Origin: Candidatus Latescibacterota bacterium
GTDB taxonomy: Bacteria > Krumholzibacteriota > Krumholzibacteriia > WVZY01 > JAKEHA01
Assembly (NCBI GenBank): GCA_963707635.1
Contig: OY970173.1
Location: 3,072,001 to 3,136,000 of the forward strand
DNA: 64,000 bases
Reading direction: 5' to 3'
The position numbers and the translations under genes were made by a program. Under the pieces are notes generated by a model, which searched no databases, was not told the origin of the DNA, and was given only the letters and a program-made list of their open reading frames with translations. Positions 21,646 through 31,547 of the stretch are shown here, in pieces. Position 1 is the stretch's first letter, and each line of letters opens with the position of its first letter.

Positions 21646-22005
21646 ATGAGAGTTTCTAACCGATTGGAACACAAGACTCTGTCCCTGATCGCGGAGCGAT
21701 TCAGGGTGCTGGCGGATCCGCGCCGGCTGCAGCTGCTTCACCTGCTGGGTGAGAAGGAGATGTCAGTGGGGGCGCTGGTGGACGCGTCGGGCGCGAGCCA
21801 GGCCAACGTCTCCAAACACCTTCAGATACTCCTACGGGCGGGATTCCTGCAGCGCCGCAAGGAGGGTGTGGTGGTCTTCTACCGGATCGTGGACGCGTCC
21901 ATCTTCCAGATGTGCGAGCTTGTCTGCGGGCGCTTGAGCGAACAGTTCCGCGACGATCTCACCGCGATCGGCCTTCCGAAGCAGACACGGAGGCGCACCC
22001 GGTAG
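21646..22005 (+). CDS. ArsR/SmtB family transcriptional regulator with C-terminal CELVC
   Basis: 'FRVLADPRRLQLL', 'SQANVSKHLQIL', 'RRKEG..VFYRI'. Confidence 0.92.
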   Translation: MRVSNRLEHKTLSLIAERFRVLADPRRLQLLHLLGEKEMSVGALVDASGASQANVSKHLQILLRAGFLQRRKEGVVVFYRIVDASIFQMCELVCGRLSEQFRDDLTAIGLPKQTRRRTR

Positions 22006-22015
22006 CCCACGCGAC

Positions 22016-24871
22016 CTACTGGAAATTACTGATCAGCACGACGTCGCGGCTTTGCGTTCCCGCCCGCACGATGACGTTCTGGCTGTCGGGGCTCCACTTG
22101 ATCTGGAAGACGTCCTCGCCGTCGAATTTCGTCACCTGCTTCGGCGATACGCCGTTGGCACCCACCACCCACACGTTCTCGCCCTCCTCGCCGCGGCGGA
22201 CCACGGCGATCCAGCGTGCGTCGGGGGACCACGCGTGGTCGGTCAGGCGCCCGTCGGTGAACCGCGTGATCTGCTTTGCCGGCGCTCCGGACTCGTAGCG
22301 AAAGACGTTGCGGGCCGGCTCGTCGCGATCGAGATAGGTCCATGACTTCCCGTTTTGTTCCCACTCGGGGTCGATGGCGTTGGCTTTTTGCGGCAACCGC
22401 TCGATCTCCGGCCCCCCGGCCGAGGGCAGGACGATGTTAATGGCCTCGATGAAACCCGACGCGTTGGGTTCCAGTCTGAACACCGTCAGCCGCTGGCTGT
22501 CGGCTGAAAAGAGGGCGAACGCGGACTCGGCCTTCGGAGCAACCGGAATCACGTCGCCGCCGTCGACCGGCATCACCCACACGCCGCGCGTCGAGTCGCC
22601 GTACGCAAACGCCACCAGGCGCCCGTCCATGGAGACGTCGAGCAGCGCTTCTCCTCCACCGGACGTGACTTGCTTGAGCCCGCTGCCGTCGGTGTTGATG
22701 CGCCAGATGTGCTGCTGTCCGTTCTCGTCGTAGCGCTGGAAGACGGCCGTATTGTCACGGGCGATCAAGTGTGTGACATGGCCCGGTCCCGCCGACAGGC
22801 GCTGCTGTTCCCCGCCCGTGAGCGGAATCGCCGCGATCCCGAGCCGCCGCTCCTGCACGCTCGCGAACAGCACGCGATCGGACGCGACGTCGAACGAAAA
22901 CGCCGAATGCTCCGGGCTGGTCGCGTTCGTCAACCTGCGAACGGTTCCGCCTGCCGGGTTCGCCACGTACAGATTGGCGACCTCGCTGGACCGCAGCGCC
23001 GCAATCGCCCCGTCGCCGCCCGTCGCCGCCGACACCCCCGAGTAGGAGGCGAAATCGTTGGTGACGCGTCCCAGTTTTCCACCCGGGTAGCTGATCACAA
23101 ACACCTGGTCGCGGATCCCTTCGCTCACACTCGTCCCGGCCAGAACCAGCCCGCGCCCGTCGGGAATCCACGCGACATCCAGGAAGAAGGCGTTCGTCTT
23201 GACGAAGAAGTCATCGCGACGACCGCTGTCCACGTCGAACATGGCGAGTTTCGAGGTCGACTTCGGCGGTGGAAGAATCACGAAGACGGCGATCCGTTTT
23301 CCGTCCGGCGACCACGACGGCGCGCCCGCTACAACTTCGGGCTGGCGGACGTTGGCAAACTCCCGCTCGGTTCCGGCGTCGAGGTCGCGAATGATGAGCG
23401 CGGACCGGCCCTCCTGGGGCACGCCACGCACGAAGCACACTTGCTTCGCGTCCGGCGAGAAGGTGACGCGCGAATCGACGTCGAACGCGCGCTCTTCCTC
23501 GGGTCCGCCCAACGAAGGCACCCGCACCAGGCTGCGGTAGTTGGGCTGGTCCTTGCGCCGCTTGAGGAAATAGAGGTAGTTCCCGTCGGGCGAGAAACTC
23601 GGCGACTCCAGGGTCGCGTCCGTCACCGGCAGCACTTCCACGTCGCTGCCGGTGGCCACCTGACGCACGCGCAACGTCGAGCGCCCGGCGCTGCCCGCGA
23701 TGTAGGCGATGTAGCGCCCGTCGGGAGACAGGGCGCTGTAGAGCACGTCGCCGCGGCTGGTCTGCGTGGTCGCGCGCATGTTCTGGAACGGCTCCACGGT
23801 GGACTCGCCGCCGCGGCGCGAGCTCCAGATTCCATACCCGATGCCGACTGCCCCCACCAGCACCGCGCCCACCACGATCGGCAGCGTGCGCGACTTGCGC
23901 CCCGGCAGCGCCGCCGTGGCGCCGCTTCCACTGGTGGCCGACGTCGCCGACGCCGAAAGCGCGTCGTACTCGTCGACGATTTCGCGCAGCTCGATGGCGA
24001 GGTCCTTCATGGACTGGAGGCGCTGGTCGGGCGCCTTGGCGAGGCAGCGGCGCACGAGCCGGCGCAGCTCGGCGGGCGCGGCCGGGTTCAGCCCTTCGAT
24101 GGGAAGCGGCTTGTCGTGGAGGATCTTGTGCATCGTCTCGACGTTGGAATCCGCAGCAAATGGCCGGCGCTGCGTGGCCGCTTCGTAGAGCAGGCAGCCG
24201 AACGAAAACACATCCGAGCGATGGTCGACCGACTTGCCCTGCACCTGCTCCGGTGACATGTAGTACACGGTGCCGAGCACGGCACCCTCGCTGGTGCGCT
24301 CCCCGATCTCGGTCATCGCGGTCGCCGACGCGTTCTCCGCGCCGCGCTTTTCCGTGAGCTTGGCGAGGCCGAAGTCGAGCACCTTGGCGAAGCCGTCGTC
24401 GCTGACCATGATGTTGCCGGGCTTCAGGTCGCGATGCACGATGCCGGCGGCGTGCGCCTTGGCGATTCCCTCGGCGGCCTGCGCGAGGTAACCGAGCAGC
24501 GTGCGCAGGTCGGTCTTTTCCTCGTGGATCTTCGCGCCCAGCGTTTTCCCGCTGATCAGCTCCATCGAGATGTACTGCACCGATCCAGAGTCGCTGCCCG
24601 ACGCCGAGCGGACGTTTTCCTGCCCGATCTCATAGATGGTGACGATGTTGGGATGGTTGAGCGACGACGCGGACTTCGCCTCCTGCACGAAGCGGCGCAC
24701 GCGGTCCTCGTTCTTGACCAGGTCGGCCGGGAGCACCTTGAGGGCGACGTTGCGCTCGAGGGTCCGGTCCTGGGCGAGGTAAACCTCGCCCATGCCGCCG
24801 GCCCCGAGCGGGCCGACCACGCGGTACTGCGCAATTTCGTCTTCGGGCTGGAGGGCGCGGGCCGTGGTCAT
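22016..24871 (-). CDS. Hanks-type Ser/Thr kinase with TM segment and TolB-like/PD40 beta-propeller
   Basis: 'LGAGGMGEVY', 'VALK', 'HRDLKPGN', 'DFG', 'YMSPEQ'; repeated '(W/F)SPDG' units. Confidence 0.93.
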   Translation of the reverse strand: MTTARALQPEDEIAQYRVVGPLGAGGMGEVYLAQDRTLERNVALKVLPADLVKNEDRVRRFVQEAKSASSLNHPNIVTIYEIGQENVRSASGSDSGSVQYISMELISGKTLGAKIHEEKTDLRTLLGYLAQAAEGIAKAHAAGIVHRDLKPGNIMVSDDGFAKVLDFGLAKLTEKRGAENASATAMTEIGERTSEGAVLGTVYYMSPEQVQGKSVDHRSDVFSFGCLLYEAATQRRPFAADSNVETMHKILHDKPLPIEGLNPAAPAELRRLVRRCLAKAPDQRLQSMKDLAIELREIVDEYDALSASATSATSGSGATAALPGRKSRTLPIVVGAVLVGAVGIGYGIWSSRRGGESTVEPFQNMRATTQTSRGDVLYSALSPDGRYIAYIAGSAGRSTLRVRQVATGSDVEVLPVTDATLESPSFSPDGNYLYFLKRRKDQPNYRSLVRVPSLGGPEEERAFDVDSRVTFSPDAKQVCFVRGVPQEGRSALIIRDLDAGTEREFANVRQPEVVAGAPSWSPDGKRIAVFVILPPPKSTSKLAMFDVDSGRRDDFFVKTNAFFLDVAWIPDGRGLVLAGTSVSEGIRDQVFVISYPGGKLGRVTNDFASYSGVSAATGGDGAIAALRSSEVANLYVANPAGGTVRRLTNATSPEHSAFSFDVASDRVLFASVQERRLGIAAIPLTGGEQQRLSAGPGHVTHLIARDNTAVFQRYDENGQQHIWRINTDGSGLKQVTSGGGEALLDVSMDGRLVAFAYGDSTRGVWVMPVDGGDVIPVAPKAESAFALFSADSQRLTVFRLEPNASGFIEAINIVLPSAGGPEIERLPQKANAIDPEWEQNGKSWTYLDRDEPARNVFRYESGAPAKQITRFTDGRLTDHAWSPDARWIAVVRRGEEGENVWVVGANGVSPKQVTKFDGEDVFQIKWSPDSQNVIVRAGTQSRDVVLISNFQ

Positions 24872-24880
24872 TCGTTCTCC

Positions 24881-26545
24881 TTATGTATTCTTACCTGCCG
24901 GTGGCTCGTGCCACTTTTCCTTCGGCACCCATACCTTGCCATCCGGGTCGCCTTCGTAGTGCGGCGACATGATCTGCACGCCGTGCTCGTTGAACATGTC
25001 CTGCACGTTGGCGTTGAGCGCGCTCATCACGAGCACGCGTTTCTCTGCCTCCTCGAGCCGGACCGCGAGCGTGTACTCGACGTAGAAGTCCGAGAGGGCC
25101 GTCTGCAGCACGCGGGGCTCGGGAGTCTTGCGAACCCCGGGCGTCATCGCGGCGGCCTGGAGCAGCATCGCGTGCACCTGACGCCACGGCGCATTGTACC
25201 CGATCGTAACCGTAATCGTCAGCGGCGCACCTTTCTCACGGTTGAGGCGCGTGTAATTCTTGGTGATGCCACCCACGATGACGGCATTGGGGACGTTGAT
25301 CTCTTCGTCGCGCGGGGTGCGGATCTTGGTGGATAGCACCCCCATCGACAACACGACGCCTTCGTAATCGCCGATCCGGACGTAGTCGTTCACCCGCAGC
25401 GCCTTCGAAAAAATCAAAATGTAACCGCTGGCCGCCTGGCTCACGACGTTCGACGACCCCAGCGACAGCATGACGCCGAAGAGCACGCTCAAGCCTTTGA
25501 ACGCGGCGCCGTCGCTGCCGGGGATATACGGAAACGCAATCGCGACGGCGAGCAGCCAGACGAACAACACTACCAGGCGTTGCGTTGGCCCCGCCGTCTC
25601 CGCATCCACCCCCGGCAGCTCGAAGCGCCCTTCGCGCACCGCGTCGAACAGGGCACGAATCCAACGCACCACCAGGCGCGTCATAAAGAAGATCAGGACC
25701 AGCATGAAGACGTCGGGGATCGCGTGCAGGATGGCGAGCCCGATCTTCGACCCGATTCCAAACAAATAGTCGTCGAGCTGGTCGCCCCATGGATAGGTGT
25801 AGGGGAACTGCTTCAGGACGAACGTGACCCAGAGGTTGGCCAGGCCGACACCGATCACGATGGCCACCAGGCGAAGCACGAGGCGCAGCAACACGCCGAT
25901 CTGGTTGATGAGCGCCGTCGGTGGAAGCTTGAGTTTCTGGCTGCGGGCTTGCATGTGCCGCTCGATGGACGCGCCGGCCCATTTCACCACCCGCACGAGA
26001 CTGCGCAGCAGCAACCAGAAGATGATCGTCGCCAGCAGGCTGAACGCGATGGAGCGAGCCAGGCTCGAGACGGTCCGCTGCTCCAGCACCGCCTCGACCG
26101 CCTCCTCGAGGCTGCGGCTGGTTCGGGCAACGAGCTGTTCCTCGGTCTCGCCCGTCAACGCGTTCACGTCGCCCGGCGTCACCGTGAATACCCACCTGCC
26201 GTCGAGCTGGATCAGCGTGCCCATGTCGGTGGGCTTCGCAGTGACCGTGACTTGACGCTCTCCCCGGCGATGCCCGCTGGTCGCGTCGCGCACGCGCTCA
26301 TTCGCGGCCTTCGCGCGCTGCTCCGGAGAGTAGCCAAGGATCTCGGCCCGGAACTCGAAGACGTTCCGATTGCCGATGACGAGCGGGACCGGCGCGTGGG
26401 CGCCCCCGCGCGCAACGGCCGCACCCGCCGAGGACGAATCTGGCGGCGGGGCCGCGTTCGCCGGGGCGGCAACCGCGGCGGCCAGCCACACGACGGCAGC
26501 CGCACGGCGCAGATACGATTCGATCCTGCTCCGCGTTAATTTCAT
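24881..26545 (-). CDS. MscS family mechanosensitive channel with periplasmic N-terminal domain
   Basis: 'LRVNDYVRIGDYEGVV', 'INVPNA', 'VTIGYNAPWRQV', 'GVQIMSPHY'. Confidence 0.9.
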   Translation of the reverse strand: MKLTRSRIESYLRRAAAVVWLAAAVAAPANAAPPPDSSSAGAAVARGGAHAPVPLVIGNRNVFEFRAEILGYSPEQRAKAANERVRDATSGHRRGERQVTVTAKPTDMGTLIQLDGRWVFTVTPGDVNALTGETEEQLVARTSRSLEEAVEAVLEQRTVSSLARSIAFSLLATIIFWLLLRSLVRVVKWAGASIERHMQARSQKLKLPPTALINQIGVLLRLVLRLVAIVIGVGLANLWVTFVLKQFPYTYPWGDQLDDYLFGIGSKIGLAILHAIPDVFMLVLIFFMTRLVVRWIRALFDAVREGRFELPGVDAETAGPTQRLVVLFVWLLAVAIAFPYIPGSDGAAFKGLSVLFGVMLSLGSSNVVSQAASGYILIFSKALRVNDYVRIGDYEGVVLSMGVLSTKIRTPRDEEINVPNAVIVGGITKNYTRLNREKGAPLTITVTIGYNAPWRQVHAMLLQAAAMTPGVRKTPEPRVLQTALSDFYVEYTLAVRLEEAEKRVLVMSALNANVQDMFNEHGVQIMSPHYEGDPDGKVWVPKEKWHEPPAGKNT

Positions 26546-26546
26546 G

Positions 26547-27533
26547 TCACTCGTCTCCCTCGGCTCCAATGGGCCGGGCGTCGAAAAGCATGACCTCCGT
26601 AATACCGTCTTGCTCGTACGAAAGCGCCAGCTGGGTGGCCAGGAAACCGAACTTCCGCAGCCCGACGATCTGGCGCATGAAGTGCGCTTCGGTCGAGAAG
26701 GCCGGGTCCACGCATATCATGCGTGTTCCACCCAGCGGCGTGATGGATACGTCTCCCGGCTGCTTCCCGGCGGTGACCCGGGCAAAGTAGGGATTGCACC
26801 CGGTGCTGCCGGAGATCCGTTCCCCGTCGAACCTCGCCGTGACGTCGGGTTCATACTCCGCCACATTGCCCCAGGATGACCACCCGCGTAGCACCCATTC
26901 GGTCCCCTCGAGCGTGGCGAGCGAGAGTCGTCCCGGGGTGGTTGCCGTCGGAACCTCTTGCAGCCCCCCGTTCGTATAGGCCCAAGCTCGATCGACCAGC
27001 TCTCCCGGACAACACATCGCGTCCGACTTGCCCGCCTGGACGAGGCTCATGGCGATCTGGTTCCCGTCGATGCTCGCCGCGCGCACCTGCACGCGATCTC
27101 CCAGCAGCGCCGACGCCGCGTGGCGCATGGTGCTGTCCTCGCGCAGCGCGACGGCGAGGTAAACCAGTTCACCGCTTCCGCCGGTCGTCAGGCTCACCAG
27201 CACCGCCGCGTCCTCGTCGCCATCCCGGTCGAGGTCGCCGACCAGGCGAAAGTCGCGCACGAACTGGAGCGCGGGACGCGCGGCGGCCCCTTCGACGTAG
27301 GGTTCGCCCTCCCAACGGCCGTTGACCAGGGTCACGCTCGGCGGAAGCCCCTCGATGCCGGCGTAGGTGCCGCGCTTGAGCTCGAGCAGGGTCGGCGCCG
27401 TCACGATGCCTGCCGCCGCGATCGTCGTGTCCACCGCACTGGAACGTGTCTGCGTGTCCGGCTTCTTGCCACACCCGGCCGCGATCAGCGCGGCGACGGC
27501 TGCGAGCGCGACTGCGATCCTGTTGCTCTTCAT
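26547..27533 (-). CDS. META-domain lipoprotein
   Basis: Lipobox AAGC, 'LEGTEWVL', 'ISGSTGCNPY', 'TRMIC'. Confidence 0.85.
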   Translation of the reverse strand: MKSNRIAVALAAVAALIAAGCGKKPDTQTRSSAVDTTIAAAGIVTAPTLLELKRGTYAGIEGLPPSVTLVNGRWEGEPYVEGAAARPALQFVRDFRLVGDLDRDGDEDAAVLVSLTTGGSGELVYLAVALREDSTMRHAASALLGDRVQVRAASIDGNQIAMSLVQAGKSDAMCCPGELVDRAWAYTNGGLQEVPTATTPGRLSLATLEGTEWVLRGWSSWGNVAEYEPDVTARFDGERISGSTGCNPYFARVTAGKQPGDVSITPLGGTRMICVDPAFSTEAHFMRQIVGLRKFGFLATQLALSYEQDGITEVMLFDARPIGAEGDE

Positions 27534-27547
27534 CCCGTTGACCTCCG

Positions 27548-28894
27548 TTATTCTTCCGGCAGGGAGGATATCACCAATGCCACCTTGCCGCTGCGTCGCC
27601 GGGTGAGCTCGCGCACGCGTTCATAGTCGATTCTCATATCGGCAAACTTCTCGCGCAGCAACGCCGTCACGGGCGCCAGGCGTTCGGGAGTGAAGTCGGT
27701 GCGCGTGACCAGACGCACCAGCATGCGATCGGGGCTGTCCTGCACCACCTGATAACCCTCGATCCAGTCGTCGAACTGGCGCATGGTGTAGGTGAGGTAG
27801 AGCCCGCTCACCACGCCGGTCGACGTACGGATCACGTCCTGCAGCCGGCCGTCCACCGACGCCAGCCGCGGGAATGGCCGTCCGCACGGGCACGGAGCAT
27901 CGGCCGGGCCCGCCGTGCCGATGTCACCGATTTCGTAGCGAACGAACGGATTCGCCGCGTTGTGCATGTCCGTGATCACGATGCGGCCTTCCTCCCCCTC
28001 GTCAACCGGCTGGCCGTCGTCGTCGACCACTTCGACCAGCAGATTGTCGCTCGCCAGGTGATAGCCCTCGTGCCGGTGGCACTCCATTCCCACGCTCATG
28101 AACTCACGCGAGCCATACGACATGTACACGTCCCCCACCAGGTGCTCCTGCAACAACTCGCGGTGGCCGGGCTGGAGCCCCTCCGCAGCGCTCACCATCG
28201 TGCGCGGCTTCCAGAGCAGCACCCCGGGATGATCGCGCACGTAACGGGCGAGGTCGACCAGCATGCTGGTATACCCCACCAGCGCGTGCGGCTTGAGATG
28301 GTTGATCAGCTCGATGCATGTGAGGCGCTCCGCGTCGCTGAATTCCTTGAACGCGTCGAAATAGGCGCGCCGCTGGAGGACCAGATGCACGTAGCGCTTG
28401 ACCGCTTCCGAGAGGGGAACACGGCCGTGGTCCGCGGCCCAGACGTGCAGGCTCTTGCGCCCCTCCTCGGCTCCACCCCACGAGTAACTCCGATCCATCA
28501 CGGAGGTGCGCCACTCGTAGCTCTCGCGGGTCACGTGGAAACGGACCGGGAGCGACGTCGACCCGCTGGTCTGGTGCGCGTAGAGCGAGTCCGGCGGCCG
28601 CTCCTGCTGCGCGAAAAACTCCCGCTGGTCGTGCCGCGTCCACACCGGGAGCTCCTCGGGCCGTACCATCGTGCCGGGCGCGGGCAGCGATCCGCGGTGG
28701 GCCTTGACTCGCTCCGCGTAGAACGGAAAGCGCTCGAGCGAACGCTGTACGTGCCCCTGAAACTCGCGCTCGGTGAGCTTCCGCAGCGCGTCGCGCGAGA
28801 GACTCTCGTTCGCGGCGACCCAGCGACGAATGGCGAGCCGGTGGTAGCCGCGCAACTCGCCGTAGAGCGCGCTGATCATCGTCGACGCGTGCAC
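27548..28894 (-). CDS. Phenylacetate-CoA ligase/CapK-like adenylate-forming enzyme
   Basis: 'TSGSTS.P', 'YGSRE', 'PFVRYEIGD', 'CPCGRPFP', 'DGR', 'SGK'. Confidence 0.85.
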   Translation of the reverse strand: MHASTMISALYGELRGYHRLAIRRWVAANESLSRDALRKLTEREFQGHVQRSLERFPFYAERVKAHRGSLPAPGTMVRPEELPVWTRHDQREFFAQQERPPDSLYAHQTSGSTSLPVRFHVTRESYEWRTSVMDRSYSWGGAEEGRKSLHVWAADHGRVPLSEAVKRYVHLVLQRRAYFDAFKEFSDAERLTCIELINHLKPHALVGYTSMLVDLARYVRDHPGVLLWKPRTMVSAAEGLQPGHRELLQEHLVGDVYMSYGSREFMSVGMECHRHEGYHLASDNLLVEVVDDDGQPVDEGEEGRIVITDMHNAANPFVRYEIGDIGTAGPADAPCPCGRPFPRLASVDGRLQDVIRTSTGVVSGLYLTYTMRQFDDWIEGYQVVQDSPDRMLVRLVTRTDFTPERLAPVTALLREKFADMRIDYERVRELTRRRSGKVALVISSLPEE

Positions 28895-29043
28895 GCCCGT
28901 ACCTTATCAACCTTCGCCGGGTCGATCCATCCCAAACCATGCCGCTTGACGCGCGCGCCCACGACAGGCAGAATGGCGGGATGCGGGGGCGGCCGCCTCT
29001 TCGCAAACCCCACGTCGCGCATTCCCTGGAAAGGAGCCTCTCG

Positions 29044-29793
29044 ATGGGTCGTGTTCTCCTGTTGCTGTTGGTGGTAGCCGTGCTGGCGCTGGCGCCCGCG
29101 GCAGTGAACGCCCAGATACCGGACAAGTTCAAGAACCTGGAAGTGCTGCCGAAGGAGATCGCGAAGCCGGAGCTCGTCCAGATCATGCGCGGGTTTTCGA
29201 GCTCGCTGGGTGTTCGTTGCATCCACTGCCACGTCGGCACCGACCCACACGACCTGAGGGCGATGGATTTCGCGGCCGACGACAAGGACACCAAGAAGAT
29301 CGCGCGCAAGATGATGGCGCTGACTTCGGAGATCAACACCTCGCTCACGCAGGCAATCGGAACGATGCGGCCGGAGCGGCTGCAGGTGGGGTGCTTCACC
29401 TGCCACCACGGCAACAACCGGCCCGAGACGCTCCAGCACTCGCTGACCGCCGTGCTCGACCGCGACGGGCTGGACTCGACGCTGGTCACATACAAACGGC
29501 TGCGCAACGAATACTACGGGCAGGCGGCCTACGACTTCAGCGAGTGGTCTCTGATCACGCTCGCGGAGGAACTGGGCAAGAAGCCGGCCCAGCAGCCGGC
29601 GGCGCTGGCCATGCTCAACCTGAATCTCGAGTACTACCCCGAGTCCGCGGGCACGTACGCGCGCATCGCGGAAACGTATCTCGCGGCCGGCGACACCACC
29701 ACCGCGATGAAGTCCTTTGACCAGGCGCTCAAGCTGGCGCCCAACGACCCGTGGCTCAAGCGCCGGGTAGACAGCGTCAAGACCAAGAAGTAG
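29044..29793 (+). CDS. Secreted dihaem c-type cytochrome (photosynthetic RC cytochrome c-like domain) with C-terminal TPR
   Basis: Signal peptide, 'KNLEVL', CIHCH and CFTCH, 'ARKMM', TPR 'YARIAETY...FDQALKLAP'. Confidence 0.85.
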   Translation: MGRVLLLLLVVAVLALAPAAVNAQIPDKFKNLEVLPKEIAKPELVQIMRGFSSSLGVRCIHCHVGTDPHDLRAMDFAADDKDTKKIARKMMALTSEINTSLTQAIGTMRPERLQVGCFTCHHGNNRPETLQHSLTAVLDRDGLDSTLVTYKRLRNEYYGQAAYDFSEWSLITLAEELGKKPAQQPAALAMLNLNLEYYPESAGTYARIAETYLAAGDTTTAMKSFDQALKLAPNDPWLKRRVDSVKTKK

Positions 29794-29845
29794 GCGCGAC
29801 TAGCTCTCTTTTCCACAGCAAAACGGGCCGCGGCGGCGAACATCC

Positions 29846-29900
29846 TTGACACCCTGCGGCCCATTGTCTTTAAATTCAATACGTTCAGACTTTTCTGTAA
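29846..29900 (+). promoter_or_regulatory. Promoter (TTGACA...TTAAAT) and imperfect palindrome TTCAG-ACTTTT-CTGTAA (29884-29900), probable autoregulatory operator
   Basis: AT-rich island directly upstream of the GbsR-family gene. Confidence 0.5.
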
Positions 29901-29923
29901 TCAACAAATCCGCAAGAAGATAC

Positions 29924-30436
29924 ATGACCACATCGCGACTGACCGCCCAGGACATCTTCATCGAAGGCTGGGGTCGTCTCGGGCCGTCGTGGGGCATCAG
30001 CAAGATGATGGCGGAGATCTACGCGGCGCTCTACGTGAGCCCGTCTCCCCTCACCCACGAAGACATGTCGGAGAAGCTCGCGACCAGCCGCAGCAACATC
30101 AGCACCAACGTCCGCATGCTGGTCGACCTCGGGGTCGTCCACAAGGTGATCGTGCGGGGCGAGCGCAAGGATTACTACTCCGCCGAGGACGACATCACCA
30201 AGGTGGCCAAGCTGCTCGCGCTGGCGAAGAAGCGCAAAGAGCTGGACCCGGCCATGGAAATCATCGACAAGGCCATCAGCGCCGCCGACGAATCCGAGTC
30301 GGCCACCATCCACAAGCTTGAGGAGCTCAAGCGGCACATGGACTTCGTGAACGCGATCTTTCATGCGTTCGTGGGCGGCGAGGCGGATCCCAAGACGCTC
30401 GCCAACGTGATCCGAGTCAAGGAAAGGCTTTCCTAG
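29924..30436 (+). CDS. GbsR/MarR family transcriptional regulator
   Basis: 'FIEGWGRLGPSWGISK.MAEIYA.LY', 'SRSNIS', 'GERKDYY.AE.D'. Confidence 0.88.
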   Translation: MTTSRLTAQDIFIEGWGRLGPSWGISKMMAEIYAALYVSPSPLTHEDMSEKLATSRSNISTNVRMLVDLGVVHKVIVRGERKDYYSAEDDITKVAKLLALAKKRKELDPAMEIIDKAISAADESESATIHKLEELKRHMDFVNAIFHAFVGGEADPKTLANVIRVKERLS

Positions 30437-30441
30437 AGCGT

Positions 30442-31464
30442 ATGATCCAGGCACTCAAGAAATACGACGCGTTGCGCGACGTGGTGGAACGCTGCAACAC
30501 GATGGTCGTCGACCGGATTCGCGAGAACGCCATCCACGAGGCGGACATCGCGCTCGAGAGCTTCAACAACGGCGGCAAGCGCCTGCGGCCGATCCTGCTG
30601 GTCCTGTCGGCCAAGGCGCACGACGGCGGCCGCCTCGACGAAGTGAGCGACTCCCTCATCAAGCTCGCGGGCGCGATCGAGATGGTCCACCTCGCTACCC
30701 TCTTCCACGACGACGTCATCGACGAAGTGGACACGCGCCGGTCGAAACTCTCCGCCCGTCTCAAGTACGGCAACTACGCCTCCGTGCTGACCGGCGACTT
30801 CGCGCTGGCCGAGGCGCTCGACCTCGTGCACCGCAGCGGCGTCACCTCCGCCATGCCGGAGTTCATCCGCACCCTGCGCGTGCTGGTGCGCGGCGAGAGT
30901 CTCGAGACCACGCACAAGTTCGACTTCAGCCTCAAGGAGGCCCAGTACTACGAAATCATCTCCGAGAAGAGCGCGTCGCTCTTCGCCCTCTCCTGCAAGG
31001 CGGGCGCGCTCGCGCGGGAATCCGACCTCGCCGACACCCTCGGGCACTTCGGCTGGAACCTGGGCATGGCGTTCCAGATGATCGACGACCTCGACGACAT
31101 GCTCGACAACCCGCAGCGCTCCTACGACTGCGACCTGCGCAACGGCTACGTGTCGCTGCCCGTGATCCGGGTGCTGGATGCGCTCAAGGACGGCCACCGC
31201 GACCGCTTCATCCGCGTGATCGAGAACGCCGAGTTCACCCCCGAGAACGAGCGTTTCATCGTGGACCTGTGCCTGGAGTACGGCGGGTTCACGCAAACCC
31301 ACCAGGCGATCGTCCGCCACCTCGAGCGGGCGGCGGAGACGACCACGCGCTTTTCGGCTTCGTCCGCGCGCGACCTGCTCTCCGGCGTGTGCCGGGACCT
31401 CCACGCGTACGCGGACCGGCAGATCGAGAACTTCGCCAGTTTTTCCCGCGCCACCACCGGCTGA
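30442..31464 (+). CDS. Polyprenyl diphosphate synthase
   Basis: 'GGKRLRP', FARM 'HDDVIDEVDTRR', 'GDF', SARM 'FQMIDDLDD'. Confidence 0.9.
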   Translation: MIQALKKYDALRDVVERCNTMVVDRIRENAIHEADIALESFNNGGKRLRPILLVLSAKAHDGGRLDEVSDSLIKLAGAIEMVHLATLFHDDVIDEVDTRRSKLSARLKYGNYASVLTGDFALAEALDLVHRSGVTSAMPEFIRTLRVLVRGESLETTHKFDFSLKEAQYYEIISEKSASLFALSCKAGALARESDLADTLGHFGWNLGMAFQMIDDLDDMLDNPQRSYDCDLRNGYVSLPVIRVLDALKDGHRDRFIRVIENAEFTPENERFIVDLCLEYGGFTQTHQAIVRHLERAAETTTRFSASSARDLLSGVCRDLHAYADRQIENFASFSRATTG

Positions 31465-31478
31465 CCCGGGGCGCTGGC

Positions 31479-31494
31479 GGGCACGTTTCCTGCA
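31479..31494 (+). promoter_or_regulatory. Candidate sigma54 element GGGCAC-GTTTC-CTGCA
   Basis: GG-N10-GC spacing upstream of the czc-like operon. Confidence 0.4.
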
Positions 31495-31547
31495 ATTTTG
31501 CCATTTGGGCCTTGCCCGATCACCGGAGAGCCCATAGCGTATCCACC

